DNA of 64,000 bases from Felis catus (lineage: Eukaryota), in contig NC_058385.1 in NCBI RefSeq assembly GCF_018350175.1, positions 74,338,001 through 74,402,000 on the forward strand. Direction: 5' to 3'. Of the stretch, positions 50,401-62,299 are shown piece by piece. The translations under genes and the position numbers were made by a program. Positions within the stretch are counted from its first letter, which is position 1; each line of letters begins with the position of its first letter. The notes under the pieces were generated by a model. That model saw only the letters and a list, made by a program, of their open reading frames with translations. It had not been told where the DNA came from and searched no databases.

Positions 50401-51093
50401 TACATTCTCCTCTTGGATTAGTGGCTTACCTTGTATTCTCGGACAGGTCACGGTTGCCAATTTTTCATTCTACCAAATAAGAACAATTTTGAAAAAACAA
50501 AGCAAACGAATCATCATCTTTTTGTAAAAGAGTTAGGAAGCACAACCATCGACACAGCAAAAAAGCCATTTTACCTCCCCGATGACGTCTCCCAGACCAG
50601 CCCTCATTTCTGGAGAAAGCACAAAACTCCTTGTCAAGTTGCCTGTTGCAGTTCTGGGTCCCAGAACGTAGACCCCGCCCCCGCCCCAACCCCTGGTGCC
50701 ACGTGCATCTGAAGCCCACGGTCCTGACAGCCCAGTGTTGGCAACCCGTAGCCTACAGCCTGTTGCTGTGCAACCCGTGAGCTAAGAAGGGCCTCGGACA
50801 GCTGTAAACGATTGTGTAAAAGGATAGAGAAGAGAGTGTGCAAGAGAGAACACACGCGGCCAGCGAAGCTCGAACTGTTGACTGTCTGGCCTCTAACCGA
50901 GAAATCTTGCCGGCCCCTGGCCTGGCCTGAAGAATGGTCGTCTTCTCTTTATCCCAAGCCCCTGAACTGTTTCACTGGGTCTTTCCTGGTGCTCCTGGGC
51001 CACAAGGCTGGAGCTCTGCCCCATTGTGTGATAGTCCTGATCGGGGAGGTGAGGGAGTGTCAACAGTCATATCAGTGCTATTGATGTTTGTGG

Positions 51094-51238
51094 NNNNNNN
51101 NNNNNNNNNNNNNNNNNNNNNNNNNNNNNNNNNNNNNNNNNNNNNNNNNNNNNNNNNNNNNNNNNNNNNNNNNNNNNNNNNNNNNNNNNNNNNNNNNNNN
51201 NNNNNNNNNNNNNNNNNNNNNNNNNNNNNNNNNNNNNN
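51094..51238. other. Assembly gap (145 N)
   Basis: N run. Confidence 1.
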
Positions 51239-51420
51239 TAATTCAATTATTATTTATTTACAATTATTAATTATTATTTTATTGCCATTATTATTTTATT
51301 AATTAATTATTATTTAATTATTAATCATTATTTTAATTAATTTTAATTATATTTACTATTTAATAATTTTAGTAATTTTAATTATTATTTTTAATTGTTA
51401 TTTTATTAAATTATTATTTG
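51239..51420. repeat. AT-rich low-complexity tract
   Basis: About 180 nt almost entirely A/T, between an N-gap and a SINE. Confidence 0.9.
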
Positions 51421-51592
51421 TGTGAGAGAGGGGAAGAGGGGCAGAGGGGGAGAGAGAGAGAGAGGGAATCTGAATCAAGTTCCACGCTAAGCATGGAACC
51501 TGACATGGGGCTCGATCCCATGACCCTGGGATCATGACCTGAGCTGAAACCTAGAGGCAGACACTCAACCAACTGAGCCACCCAGGCACCCC
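51400..51592 (-). mobile_element. Older carnivore SINE with AT-rich expanded tail
   Basis: gagagagggaatctgaatcaagttccacgctaagcatggaacc...gagccacccaggcacccc. Confidence 0.85.
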
Positions 51593-52113
51593 TACAACGC
51601 CCTATTTCACAAGCATATATGCCCTTGTGCATTGAGCAACACGGCCTAGAAGGAAGAGTTCTGGCTTTGGAGGCTGAGACAAAGGGCGTCAAGTCTTTAA
51701 TAAATGTTGTTGAGCGCTTATTATGCACCAAGCCTTTTGCAGGGATTAATCCATTCGGCCCTCACCCTGTGTCCAGAGGGTGACTGGACACTGACGTTTT
51801 CATGCCATGACCCACACTGGGGATGATGACGTCTGCATTCAGATAGCCAGGTGAGAGGACCTGCCCTAGCTGCCTCCACCCCTGCCCCCCAGGGAGGCTA
51901 GAAGGATCAGTAGCAGACTGTGGCCCTTAACATATGGGAAGCTCTGCCCTAGGACACAGGTGACATGACTATTCCAGTTCATAGATTAAAACAAGATAAC
52001 GTTTGAAACTTAGAGTGTAATTTATGCAAAGTCAGAGCTGGCGGTAGGCAGAGCCAAGATTCAGCCAGCCAGAATGCTTCCGGAATGATCCCTCTTTAAA
52101 GCATGCAATGCCA

Positions 52114-52316
52114 GGGGCACTTGGGTGGCTCAGTCAGTTAAGCATCTAACTCTTGGTTTCAGCTCAGGTCACGATCTCACAGTTTGTGGGATCGAGCCCC
52201 TCATTGGGCTCTGTGCTGACAGCGGGGAGCCTGCTTGGGATTCTCTCTCTCCCTCTCTCCCTGCCCCTCCCCTGCTCGCACGCTCTCTGTCTCAAAATAA
52301 ATAAATAAACTTAAAA
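52114..52316 (+). mobile_element. Carnivore SINE (sense), 14-bp TSD
   Basis: TSD agcatgca(a/g)tgcca at 52100-52113 and 52318-52331. Confidence 0.92.
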
Positions 52317-52581
52317 GAGCATGCAGTGCCACCTCTCTGAGCAGAGGTGACCGCAAAGCCATGTTTACAGTCGTGTGCGTATTAAACAAAACAACACATA
52401 TAGCACATTGCGGTGTGTCTAGTAAATAGGAAATTCTTAATATTAATATTGGCCACTGTAATTGTATTACTTTACATGGTAAGTCTTATCATCGGGACTG
52501 GCTTTTCCATGTCCGGGCACAACAGTGAGGCACAGGAGACTGTGAATCAAGGAAAGGATGTTTCTACTGAGTATTCACCCG

Positions 52582-52996
52582 CCGGATTAATCCGTTAGGG
52601 TTGCCGCAGCAAAATGCTGCAGACTGGGTCTGAAACAAGGGGAATTTGTTCTCTCACAGCTCTGGAGGCTGGAGTCCAAGATCAAGGTGTGGGCAGGGCT
52701 GGTTCCTTCAGAGAGCCACAAGCGTTGGCTCTGTTCCAGAACCATCTCCTAGGCTTGTAGACGGCCGTCTTCTCCCTGTGTCTTCACATCGCCTTCCCCG
52801 AATGTGCCACGCTGTGTCCGAATGTCCCCTTTCTATGAGGACACCAGTCATTCTGGATTAGGGGCCATTCTCATGGTCTCATTTTAACTCGATTACCTCG
52901 GCAAAGACCCTATCTCCAAATAGGGTCATATTACGAATGACTGGGGGTTAGGATTTCAAAGTATGACTCTTGAGGGAACACGTTCCAACCCACAGG
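52582..52996 (-). mobile_element. MaLR solo LTR (MLT1A/B/C-like)
   Basis: ttctctcacagctctggaggctggagtccaagatcaaggtg...gaccctatctccaaatagggtca...ttaggatttcaa, characteristic MLT1 reverse strand. Confidence 0.8.
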
Positions 52997-53910
52997 ACTC
53001 ACTGTCATCCCTCGGCTAAGCTCTGGAGATGCAAAGGGAAAGACAAAGCTGTGGCTGCCTGGAGAGCTCATAAATGGCGATTTCGAGGCTGAACAGAAGT
53101 AAACATGTCTCTAGGTATTTTTCTGGCGTTCTGCGTTGCAAAAGAGGCCTGGCGGGGTCTGCTGTTTCTCCCTGAAGAAATGCCAGACCCACAGGCACCT
53201 CAGGTCCTATTTGTATCTTTCAACCCATCACACGATAACACGGATCTCTCTTTCTCTTTCTCTCTATCTCCCCCACTGTCTCTCTGTAATCAAAAGAACA
53301 TCTGGTTTTTTTTCTGAGGGCTAGCAAGGGCAAAAACAGCCCAGTATGATGTGGTTCTCATTTGAAAGACAGCGTCTGGTGAGAAATCAGGATGTCTGAC
53401 TGTTAGTCCTGTCCCATAATGACTGCGCGTAGGGGGATCGTCTCAGCAGACAGCGCCTGTGGCTGTGTAGCTGTGAAAGCCGGATCAGACGGTCGGTTAC
53501 GGCCTGCTCCCGTTCAAGGTCGTGGTGGCTTCCTGGTGCCTGAAATACTCTTCCTGCTCAAAAGGCTTCCAACTTGGATGTTTTACCCCAGCCAGCCGGC
53601 CTGGGCATAGAAACCGCCTCCAGCCTTCCTCAGGCTTTCTCCGTATTCAGCGCCCATCACTTTGATAAGTGCCGAGGGGCTGATGGGAATTCTTTTTGGT
53701 TCTGAGTGCGAGAGAAATAGAGCGAATCCTGTGTGTTTTCAGATGCTATAGAGCTTGCAGTCATTATTATTATTATTTTTTTTAGATCTTTTCATTGACA
53801 AAATGGGTCTGTGATTATTTGAATGTTGGGAGAAGTGAGTATTTGCTACTGGTCTGATATGTCTGCACTTTGATGTGCTTCGGAAACGCTGGCGAGCACG
53901 CCCGCAGTTT

Positions 53911-53912
<2 letters not shown>

Positions 53913-53953
<41 letters not shown>

Positions 53954-54156
53954 CAACGTTTATTTATTTTTGGGACAGAGAGAGACAGAGCATGAACGGG
54001 CGAGGGGCAGAGAGAGAGGGAGACACAGCATCAGAAACAGGCTCCAGGCTCTGAGCCATCAGCCCAGAGCCCGACGCGGGGCTCGAACTCACAGACCGCG
54101 AGATCGTGACCTGGCTGAAGTCGGACGCTTAACCGACTGCGCCACCCAGGCGCCCC
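53913..54156 (-). mobile_element. Very young felid SINEC_Fc-type SINE with pure 41-nt tail and 14-bp TSD
   Basis: 41 uninterrupted T (53913-53953); TSD cgcccgcagttttc at 53899-53912 and 54158-54171. Confidence 0.96.
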
Positions 54157-54268
54157 GCGCCCGCAGTTTTCAAACGAGAATAAGGAGGGCCAGAGCAGGA
54201 ACTGACACCCGGTTACCCGGCCAGCCAACAACTGACCCGTACCTTCTATAGTAGCATAGGTTTGCAGG

Positions 54269-54316
54269 CGTGTGTGTGTGTGCGCGTGTGTGCGTGTGTG
54301 TGCGTGTGTGTGTGTG
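54269..54316. repeat. (TG/CG)n alternating purine-pyrimidine tract
   Basis: gcgtgtgtgtgtgtgcgcgtgtgtgcgtgtgtgtgcgtgtgtgtgtgt. Confidence 0.9.
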
Positions 54317-56658
54317 GCTAGGGTAAAGCTATTTTTAATGGTTGAAAAAACCCTCTAAGCCTTGAAATCAAAATCAAGCATTTCCTCCTTTAACTGGTAT
54401 CGGGAAAGAAAGGTAGGAAGGAATACAGGAAGGCAGGAAGGGGAGAGAGGGAAGAAAAACAGAACAGGACTAACCATGATTTTCCATATATTTGAACATG
54501 GCAAATATACTGGAGTCTCGTGATTTTGTTTTCACTGAGTCTACATTTGAAGGGAATACAGTGTTTTCCAGAAGGGAGCAGAAGTAGCTGGATATTCCCG
54601 GAGGCCGACCTATGTCGAGGTTGCAGCCCGTGCTGCCCCAGAGTCACGGAGGGGTCCGCCCGGCCACCTGCTGCTTTCTGCCCTCCGCCCTCCCTCCGCT
54701 CTGCCCCCACCCACGTCAACAACTCCGAGGCGTGCGGTAGAATGCCAGGCCACAGAGCTGACCAAGGCTCAAAGGCTGAGCCGGCACCTCTTAGCTGTGG
54801 GGCCTGGAGCACATCATCGGCCCTCTCTGGGACTCACTTTTCTCTTCTGTAAAACGGGGGTAGAATGCACGTGCTGCTGGCGAGGAGGGCTGATCTGTGG
54901 GTCGCTACCCCACTGAGGAGGTCCCAGGCTATCGTGAGGCAGAGGCGAAGCCGCACAGCTCCTGAGCATTCCCCTGTGACCTTGGAGAGTCCCCTGTGAC
55001 CTTTCCTCCCTGTGGCTCCGTGTCCCTATCTGACGCGTTTGGTGCGTGGGCGAGAGTGGGGAGCACCCAGGCGCCCCCTGCGAAGGTGGGGGGTGTCGTG
55101 CAGCTGGACTCCGCAGTGAGCGTGCCCTGCCGACCACGGCTTTGCCTGTTTCCCCGAGGACGGTGGGCAGCGAGTGCTGTCAGATGGGGGGGGGGGGGTG
55201 CCCTGGCTGCAGCGCGACGGTGGTGGCTGGAGAGGGGCAAGAGTGGCCATAGGGAGGTGTCAGTAGGCGGAATCTGGGTGGGAAAGGAGGAATTGTTCCC
55301 AGAGGGGCCGAGCAGGCAGAAGGGACAGGGTAAGGTGAGGCCATAGGACCGTAGGATGTCCGGGGGGGGGGGGCATGGTGGCGGGGATTTCCCGAGGAAC
55401 AAGAACACCACGTGGGGGTAAACACCAGCATGGAGGGCTGAGTGAGGGTTTCGTTTTGGGTTGTGCTGAGCTCATAAAACCTTGCTGCTGTATTCAGCAG
55501 CGGATCTGCTGTGGAAACTGAGGCCCAGTGCAGGCAGGCACGCTGGCTGGTTCTACTGTGCCTATGACCAGTCGGAGGAGTCACCCGGCCAGAGGGCAGA
55601 GAATGAGGGATGGATGGGCAGGAAGCCAGGTGCCCAGGGACCAGGCTGGGGTGGGGCAAGAGGGAGCAGGGATTGGAAAGAGGCCAGGATGTCACTGGCA
55701 GTGCTTTGGGCTCCTATACGCCTTAAGGAACTTCCCCCTCACCCCCCATACTTGGGTGTGGCTCAGCCGTTCATAGTTTTTGAGAAAACAGACCGAAACG
55801 CCTCAGAGGTGATGCGATTGGCGGCGTTCACTAAGCTCCGCCCCCTGCACCTGCGTGGTGGGGGGCGGGGGGCCACCTACCCCCCGGCTCATTTCTGACT
55901 ACCGCTCTAGGAGGAGGTTTTCAGGGTGTCCCCGGTTTGCCGAGGAGGAAACAAAGGCTCGGAGAGAAGGCGTGGGCTGCCCAAATTCACGGAGCTGTTG
56001 GATGGGGATCTGGGATAAACTCAGGGAACCCGGAAGCTTCACCACGTAGGTCTCATTCATGACCTGCGCTCAGAGCCCACCGTTCCTTACAGCTGCTTGA
56101 CGTGTTCACTCATCGTCTGGCTTTGGGCAGTTTCAGGGGCAGGCTCATCACCCCCCTGTACTCTCCCCTTCCCGGTAGTGGCTCCTGGGGAGTTTCCCTG
56201 GGGGCAGCGGAATCTAGCACAGCTAGAGCGCACGCCCATGGGGCTGTGGGGCAGCCAAGCCCTGGGTACCCCAGGAGGCATCCGTTCTTACCAGGCTGGG
56301 CGGTCATTCTAGGGGAGCCAACCTCTGTCTTTTCCCCTGCCCACTTCCCTTCCTCTGCTCTGGGGGAAGGGACTAGTATCTTGAGGCCGACTCAGAAGGG
56401 CTCCAAGCAAAGAGGCTGATGAGCACACTTACAGCAGGATGTTAGTGGTCACATGCCATTCACTTGAAGGCCTTGTGTTTATTAGAGATTCAGAGAAAGG
56501 GCAATGTTTAAGACAAAGACATGAGGTTTTTTAAAGAATGGAGTTTCTCAGAGTGGTTAAGGAACTTGCCCAGGGACACACAGCATCAGGGTGAGTGAGA
56601 TTGGATCCCAGAACTGTCTCTTTTCACCAGCCTAAGCAGTTTCACCATCAGTTATGGC

Positions 56659-56659
<1 letters not shown>

Positions 56660-56695
<36 letters not shown>
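56660..56695 (+). repeat. Isolated A36 tract
   Basis: 36 uninterrupted A with no recognisable SINE/LINE body upstream. Confidence 0.9.
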
Positions 56696-56697
<2 letters not shown>

Positions 56698-56714
56698 AAT
56701 ATTTCAGAAACTGA

Positions 56715-56870
56715 GGAAGGCAATTTTCACAACTTGGTTGTGTGTCAGACTCACCTGGAAAACTAGTAAGGAGCACAGAGGCGAAGGCTTGTTGACGTGG
56801 GGACAGCACCTGGGCTGTGGAATTTGTACCAAGTTCTTTATATTCACCAAAGTTTGAGAATTACTGATGG
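56715..56870. mobile_element. MER5-like MITE remnant
   Basis: cagactcacctgg...aaagtttgagaattactga. Confidence 0.45.
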
Positions 56871-57427
56871 AAAGTAGAAAGGATCCTAAACTTTTTAGCT
56901 AATTAGCCCATTTTTCCGGGCTCTACCTTTTTGCTATCAGGTCTTGTACCTGGAATGTAGGAGGAGGCCGCCGAGTGGTTGTTGAATAAATGGACAAATC
57001 TAGAACTCAACTGGTTACCGCAGAGGACTGCTCAACCAGAGACCCCCGGAGGCAGGTCACTGCTACATCTGCAATCCAGTTTGGGCCCCATTTCCAAAGT
57101 AGCCACGTGGACGAGAGCCTGCCCTTCAACCATGTCTTCGAGTTACATTGAAGGAGTTCAGGATCCTGTCAGAAAATAAACACACACAAATAAAGGGCTT
57201 TCCTTTACGCCAACAGTAACTGTTTTAAAAATATAATGGGGCAAACGTTCCCTTCCATTCTTAATGAAATCAAACCCTAAACATAATACAATCTAAAATC
57301 TTCCCAAGTTCGTTTTTAATTTGAAGGACGTTCCAATTAATATCCCAAAAGAGCTTTCTTGAAACTTAATATAATGGCTTTGAATTTCATCTGGTAGAAT
57401 GAGTAGCCAAAAATAGCCAAGAAATAT

Positions 57428-57643
57428 ATTTTTAAAATTTTTTTCTTCTTCTTATTTTTAATGTTTATTTTTGAGAGAGAGAGAGTCAGAGTGTGAGCAG
57501 GGGAGAAGCAGAGAGAGAGGGAGACACAGAATCCAAAGCAGGCTCCAGGCTCTGAGCTGGCAGCACAGAGCCCAACACGGGCTTGAACCCACAAACTGCG
57601 AGATCACGACCTGAGCTGAAGTCGGATGCCCAACAGAGCCACC
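57428..57643 (-). mobile_element. Carnivore SINE with damaged head
   Basis: TSD ccaagaaatat at 57417-57427 and 57644-57654. Confidence 0.88.
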
Positions 57644-60524
57644 CCAAGAAATATTTTTTAAAGAGAAAGTAATCAGGGAAGGCTTTGGTGATAAAATGCT
57701 TAAAGCAGCATGAGGGCAGGGCTAGAATTTACAAACAGATGAATAAAAGAAAAGGTTACCCAGCAGACAAAATTCATTTATATGTAAGTACTTAATATAT
57801 GATACACGTGGCATTTCACATTCAAGGGGAGATTTTTTTTTTTTAAAGGCGATGCTGGCATTGCAGTGTATAAAATATATTTGAAACAGAAGTTGGGGGG
57901 AAGGAAACTCATCAATATGCCACATATAACACCCTTTGGGTGGGTCTGGTGGTAAACTCCCCCCCCAAATGCTTCCAAGATCCCCCCAGCTTCCAGGCTT
58001 TATCGTAGGTTTACACACACAAAGAACTTGTTCTCGGAATTTGCATGAGATGCATGAGCCCCAGATGCTGGGTTCTGCACAACAGCAGCCGCCCGTCCTG
58101 GGGTCCCCGCCAGCTGGGGGGAAGGGGACAGGACGAGGGTGTGGCAGCGACTTGGCTCCAGGCCCTGGGGTGGCGACGGATGAGCGGACTCTCACTTTAG
58201 AGATGAAATTTACCCTTCAATTCTAAGCGCTTTCCCCCAGACATCAAGCTAAACACGGAGTGCGGCCAAGGCTTCCATTTTAAGCCCGTAATTGGCAGGA
58301 TGGTCCTGCAACCCCATCATAAGTCTTCTGTGAAATTGCAGTGTCCTCACCGCCTAAAAATATGCAGCTCAGTTTGGTCATGTTGCAAAAACGCCACTTG
58401 TAGTGACCATGAAAATAGTAACGCGTGGAGGACGTGTAAGAAAATGAGATCCCGGGGTCTGCGGCAGAGAAGCTGGGTCCCAAGGTCAGAAAGACGTAGC
58501 TCTGGATTCTGAGGACGGCCCCACAGCTCCAGGAGGGGGTTCGCCTTCTCCGGCTGAGTCCGTCGGAAGTCTCGTATCATTATTTGATGACTTCTTTGGA
58601 TAAACCCTTCTACTCTCTTTTTTCTTTTCTTTTTTTCTTTTTATTAAGAAGAAAAAGGTGTGGTCTAGGTTGTTTCACCATTCTAATTTTAGCGCTCTGG
58701 GCGTCAGAGGCAGATTCGAGATAAAAATGACAGGCTTCCTTATATAGCTAAGAGCGTGGTACTGTCCGAGAGAAAGACCTTTTCATACCTGGGGACAATT
58801 TTCCAGGAAAGGTGCTCAGCTACTTAGGAAGCTTGGAGGGGGTGGAAAGAGTGTTGGCCGAGAGCCAAGAGGGCTGGTTCTGTGTCTGGCTTGGTCAAGT
58901 TCAACTTAGAAAGTCACATAGCCTTTCTTTTTCTGACTCCTCATTTGTGAAGGAGGCCTTGGAGTCCCTACCCCACCACTCAGGCGGAGCTCCGTGGGAA
59001 TCGGACGCAATGACATCTTGCAGATGGGAAAACTGAGACACTGGGTTCACACACTTAAAGCACTTAGCTGATAAGTGACAGCACTTTGCAAACTGTAAAT
59101 TGCTACACCTAAGGTGGCCGTGCTCTTCTGCTAGCACAAGTGAGATAAATGGTCACAAGTAGTTACTATAGGGATAGAGCCACTGTGGTCTTCTGACAAC
59201 GAAACCAGAGACAGGAAGGAAAAGTAAATGAACACATAGATTTTTCTCCATTAACCATCAGTGATGCACCCCCAAACAGATCTGGAGAATGCTAGAGTTA
59301 GCGCTCCCAGCGATCACGGAGGGCTGGGTTGGGAGGCAGTGTTTTGCCCATTTTAGTGCTCTTCGTGGACAGAAAAATGCATTCATCCACCTTGACCCAC
59401 AGTCCTCCCTCATAGTGGAAGCTTCAGGTCCCCGTTCAGGGTCACCTCTGTCCTCACAGGGACACTGGTTGCTCTGTCAGGTCTCTTCGCCCGTGCCAAG
59501 CCATATGTCTGACAGCTGCACCTGAGTCCCTCCCTGCTGGTGTGACAGATGTACAGATGGCGGGAGGCAGCGCCCTGGAGCCGCGGAGGGCATGGGCTGT
59601 GTGCATGCAAAGCCCGGGTTTCGCTCTCGCCCCACCCCTGAAGAATGGAACTCTCTGGGGCGAGCCCAGTTAACGTCTCTGCATCTCATTTCCTTCATCT
59701 TTAAAGAGGATGTTTTAGCTGCTGATTTCCAGGAAACAAACTCAGTGATGGAGATTTGCATGCAGGATGTTTTGTGCGCAGGGCTCGTGGCCCCTGTAAG
59801 GAAGCGAGGGGGCAGTGGGAGACATAGGGCTTCTGTGCTGACCAAACCCCGGCCCTGCAGAGTCATCCCATCTTGGGGCAGGGGGTTGGGCCTGTGCGCA
59901 CCCACACGGACTAGTTTGGGGACACAGGCTGACCCTGCGAGGGGCGGTGGCTCGCCTAGATCACAGGCAGTTCCTGGAGGGGACGCGGCTAAGAGCCCCC
60001 AGACACCAGCTTCCCAGCACTGGGGAGATGAGAGGCTGGGTCCTGAAAGGTGGCCCGGGCTGCACGCCACAGCGTCCGTTATGAAGGCAGTGGTCTTGGC
60101 TCCATTCGAGGGCTTGGGGAGGATTAAGTGACACCGTGTCTGGGAAGCCCTACATCCGCTATTGTCATTGTTACGTAGCTTCGTTCTGATTGTTGAGTCG
60201 TGACACCTGCGTTACGATGCTGGCCTTCTCTGTTTTACTTCTCCCGCGCTCTACTGGGAGCTTCTTAATAGAAACAGCCATGGTTTGTTGTCCTTGTTTT
60301 ATCTTCGTATCCGTAGACTTGGGCATAGAACTTGGCTCCTAAAAACTTGTACTAAGTCACTGTAGATGGAAACATGGATCAAGGGACGGGGTCACAGGAG
60401 AATGGAGGCCGCAGGGAAGTTGCCCTGGGGCTGCTTCTTCGGGGTGCCAGGTGGCACCCCGTTGTCTTTCTCATCACAACATGGAAAGCTGCGTGTGACT
60501 AACGTCCCCTGCTCTCCCTCCTAG

Positions 60525-60659
60525 TCGCTCTGGGCTCCTGGCAGTCCCTGGCCCTCTCCGCAGCAGTTGTTGACCTGTCCATCAGGAACTTTGATGTTGC
60601 CCACGTTAGCACTGCCGCCACCAGGGACTTCTCTGATGCCAGAGACTTCTGTCTGTTGG
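60525..60659 (+). CDS. TG: Thyroglobulin exon 36 (135 nt, phase 1-1), after a 24,065-nt intron
   Basis: ctccctcctag|TC...TTGG|gtaagg; (V)ALGSWQSLALSAAVVDLSIRNFDVAHVSTAATRDFSDARDFCLL(E). Confidence 0.96.
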
Positions 60660-61353
60660 GTAAGGGGAGTTTCCCACCCCTCCCTCCCTCCAAGGTAGGG
60701 TGGTTGATTGGGATGGGGCCTCACACAGCACTGCCAACGTCCTGACCTCAGAAGCACGTGGGAGACCCCATGATGGCCTGGCATGCTGGGCAGGAAGGGA
60801 TGAACCTGGGGACAGACTCTGGGTGCACCCTCTTCTACAGTACCCCTATCCTCCTGCAGGGCAGACCATAGTCAAGGTCTCCAAGGGAGTAAGCTGGCCA
60901 GAAAGAGAACAACGTTGAGCCAGGTCAGAAGATGATGAGAGGAAGGATCTAGGAGGCTAGTCGGAGACAAAGGAGATGAGCAGAAGCCGGGATAGCTGTC
61001 CTCAGATTATAGATGGGCCATCATGGCAAGGAAGAAATGTACTTGTCCTGGCCAGGCTCACAGGGCAAAGCTAAGACCTATGGGGAAAACTCAAATTTCA
61101 AGAGATATTTTTCAATACAAAATAAAGAAGCTTCCAATAGGCAAAGCTGTCCACAGACACATACTTCTTTTAGAGGGTTTCTGGTCACTGGTATGGAAAC
61201 AAAAGCTAGATAACCATGTGATAAAAATGTTCTACAAAGACTCTCTCTTCTGCAAGAGTCTGAGGTTGAATAACATTCATACTCCTCCAATTCTTTGATT
61301 CCATGAATCCCCTCACTGACAGGGTTGGATAGAAATACGCACATCTTACAGAA

Positions 61354-61455
61354 AGGGCCGTGTATAGATGTACAGGTTGTGCACTGCACAATTCTGTGTG
61401 CTGCCATAGCACAGACTGGGCTGTGAATGAGGCCCTTAGACAGTTCACAGCTTGC
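61354..61455. mobile_element. MER91-like hAT-Tip100 MITE
   Basis: agggccgtgtatagatgtacaggttgtgcactgcacaa...tgtgaatg; a matching terminal half also lies at about 44450-44493. Confidence 0.55.
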
Positions 61456-61881
61456 CCAAGTAAATGAGTCAACACCATTTTCACAGCTGTTCTTAGGACT
61501 GAAAATCTTTAATGCCATGAATAATTTGAATTATCTAGTTCAGGACCTGGTGCACATGGAAAATGACATAATCCCTGGTGGAAAATTGTGGGTATGATGG
61601 GGGAGCTGGACAGGGAGATAAGGCTGAAGAGGAAGACAAGGGCTGGAGCATGGAGAGCTTTGTCTGGTATGACTTAATCCCAAAGCCGGTGGGGAGCCAG
61701 GGAGTTGCTTCAAACAAGGGAATGACAGGAGCACATTTGTGAATTAAATAAACAACCCCAAACCTGATTTTTGTGTGGAAGATAGATCTATAGAAGAGTT
61801 GGGTTCTACCCCCCATCCCCACCACAATTCTATTTCCAGCCCCTGGCACAGTATCAGGGAGGTATAGTAGATGTTCAAATG

Positions 61882-62024
61882 NNNNNNNNNNNNNNNNNNN
61901 NNNNNNNNNNNNNNNNNNNNNNNNNNNNNNNNNNNNNNNNNNNNNNNNNNNNNNNNNNNNNNNNNNNNNNNNNNNNNNNNNNNNNNNNNNNNNNNNNNNN
62001 NNNNNNNNNNNNNNNNNNNNNNNN
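61882..62024. other. Assembly gap (143 N)
   Basis: N run. Confidence 1.
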
Positions 62025-62110
62025 GGATGCATGGGTGGACAGATGGATGGATGGATGGATGGATGGATGGATGGATGGATGGATGGATGGATGGGTGGAT
62101 GGATGGAAGC
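62025..62110. repeat. (TGGA)n microsatellite abutting an N-gap
   Basis: Direct reading. Confidence 0.95.
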
Positions 62111-62299
62111 ATACATGATTAGATGGATAGACTGACAGGTGCATGGATTCATAGATACACGACTGGATGAATGGGTGGACTGATGGATGAATAGATGATG
62201 TATGGGTTCCCGGATGCACGATTGGATGCCTGATCGAACAGAAGAATGGCCGAGGTGCTATCTCTGAGGCCCAAGCCTCACTCTTCTCTTATTCCGTAG

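Noticed and set aside
1365-57594. Recurrent ORFs of the type MAQSV.RPTSAQVMIS / GSEPGACFRFCVSLSL
   Set aside because: Translations of Can-SINE bodies, not a gene family.
36460-60524. Possible nested antisense gene (SLA is known to lie inside a TG intron)
   Set aside because: I found no SH3/SH2-like exons. SLA sits in a later, larger TG intron beyond this window.
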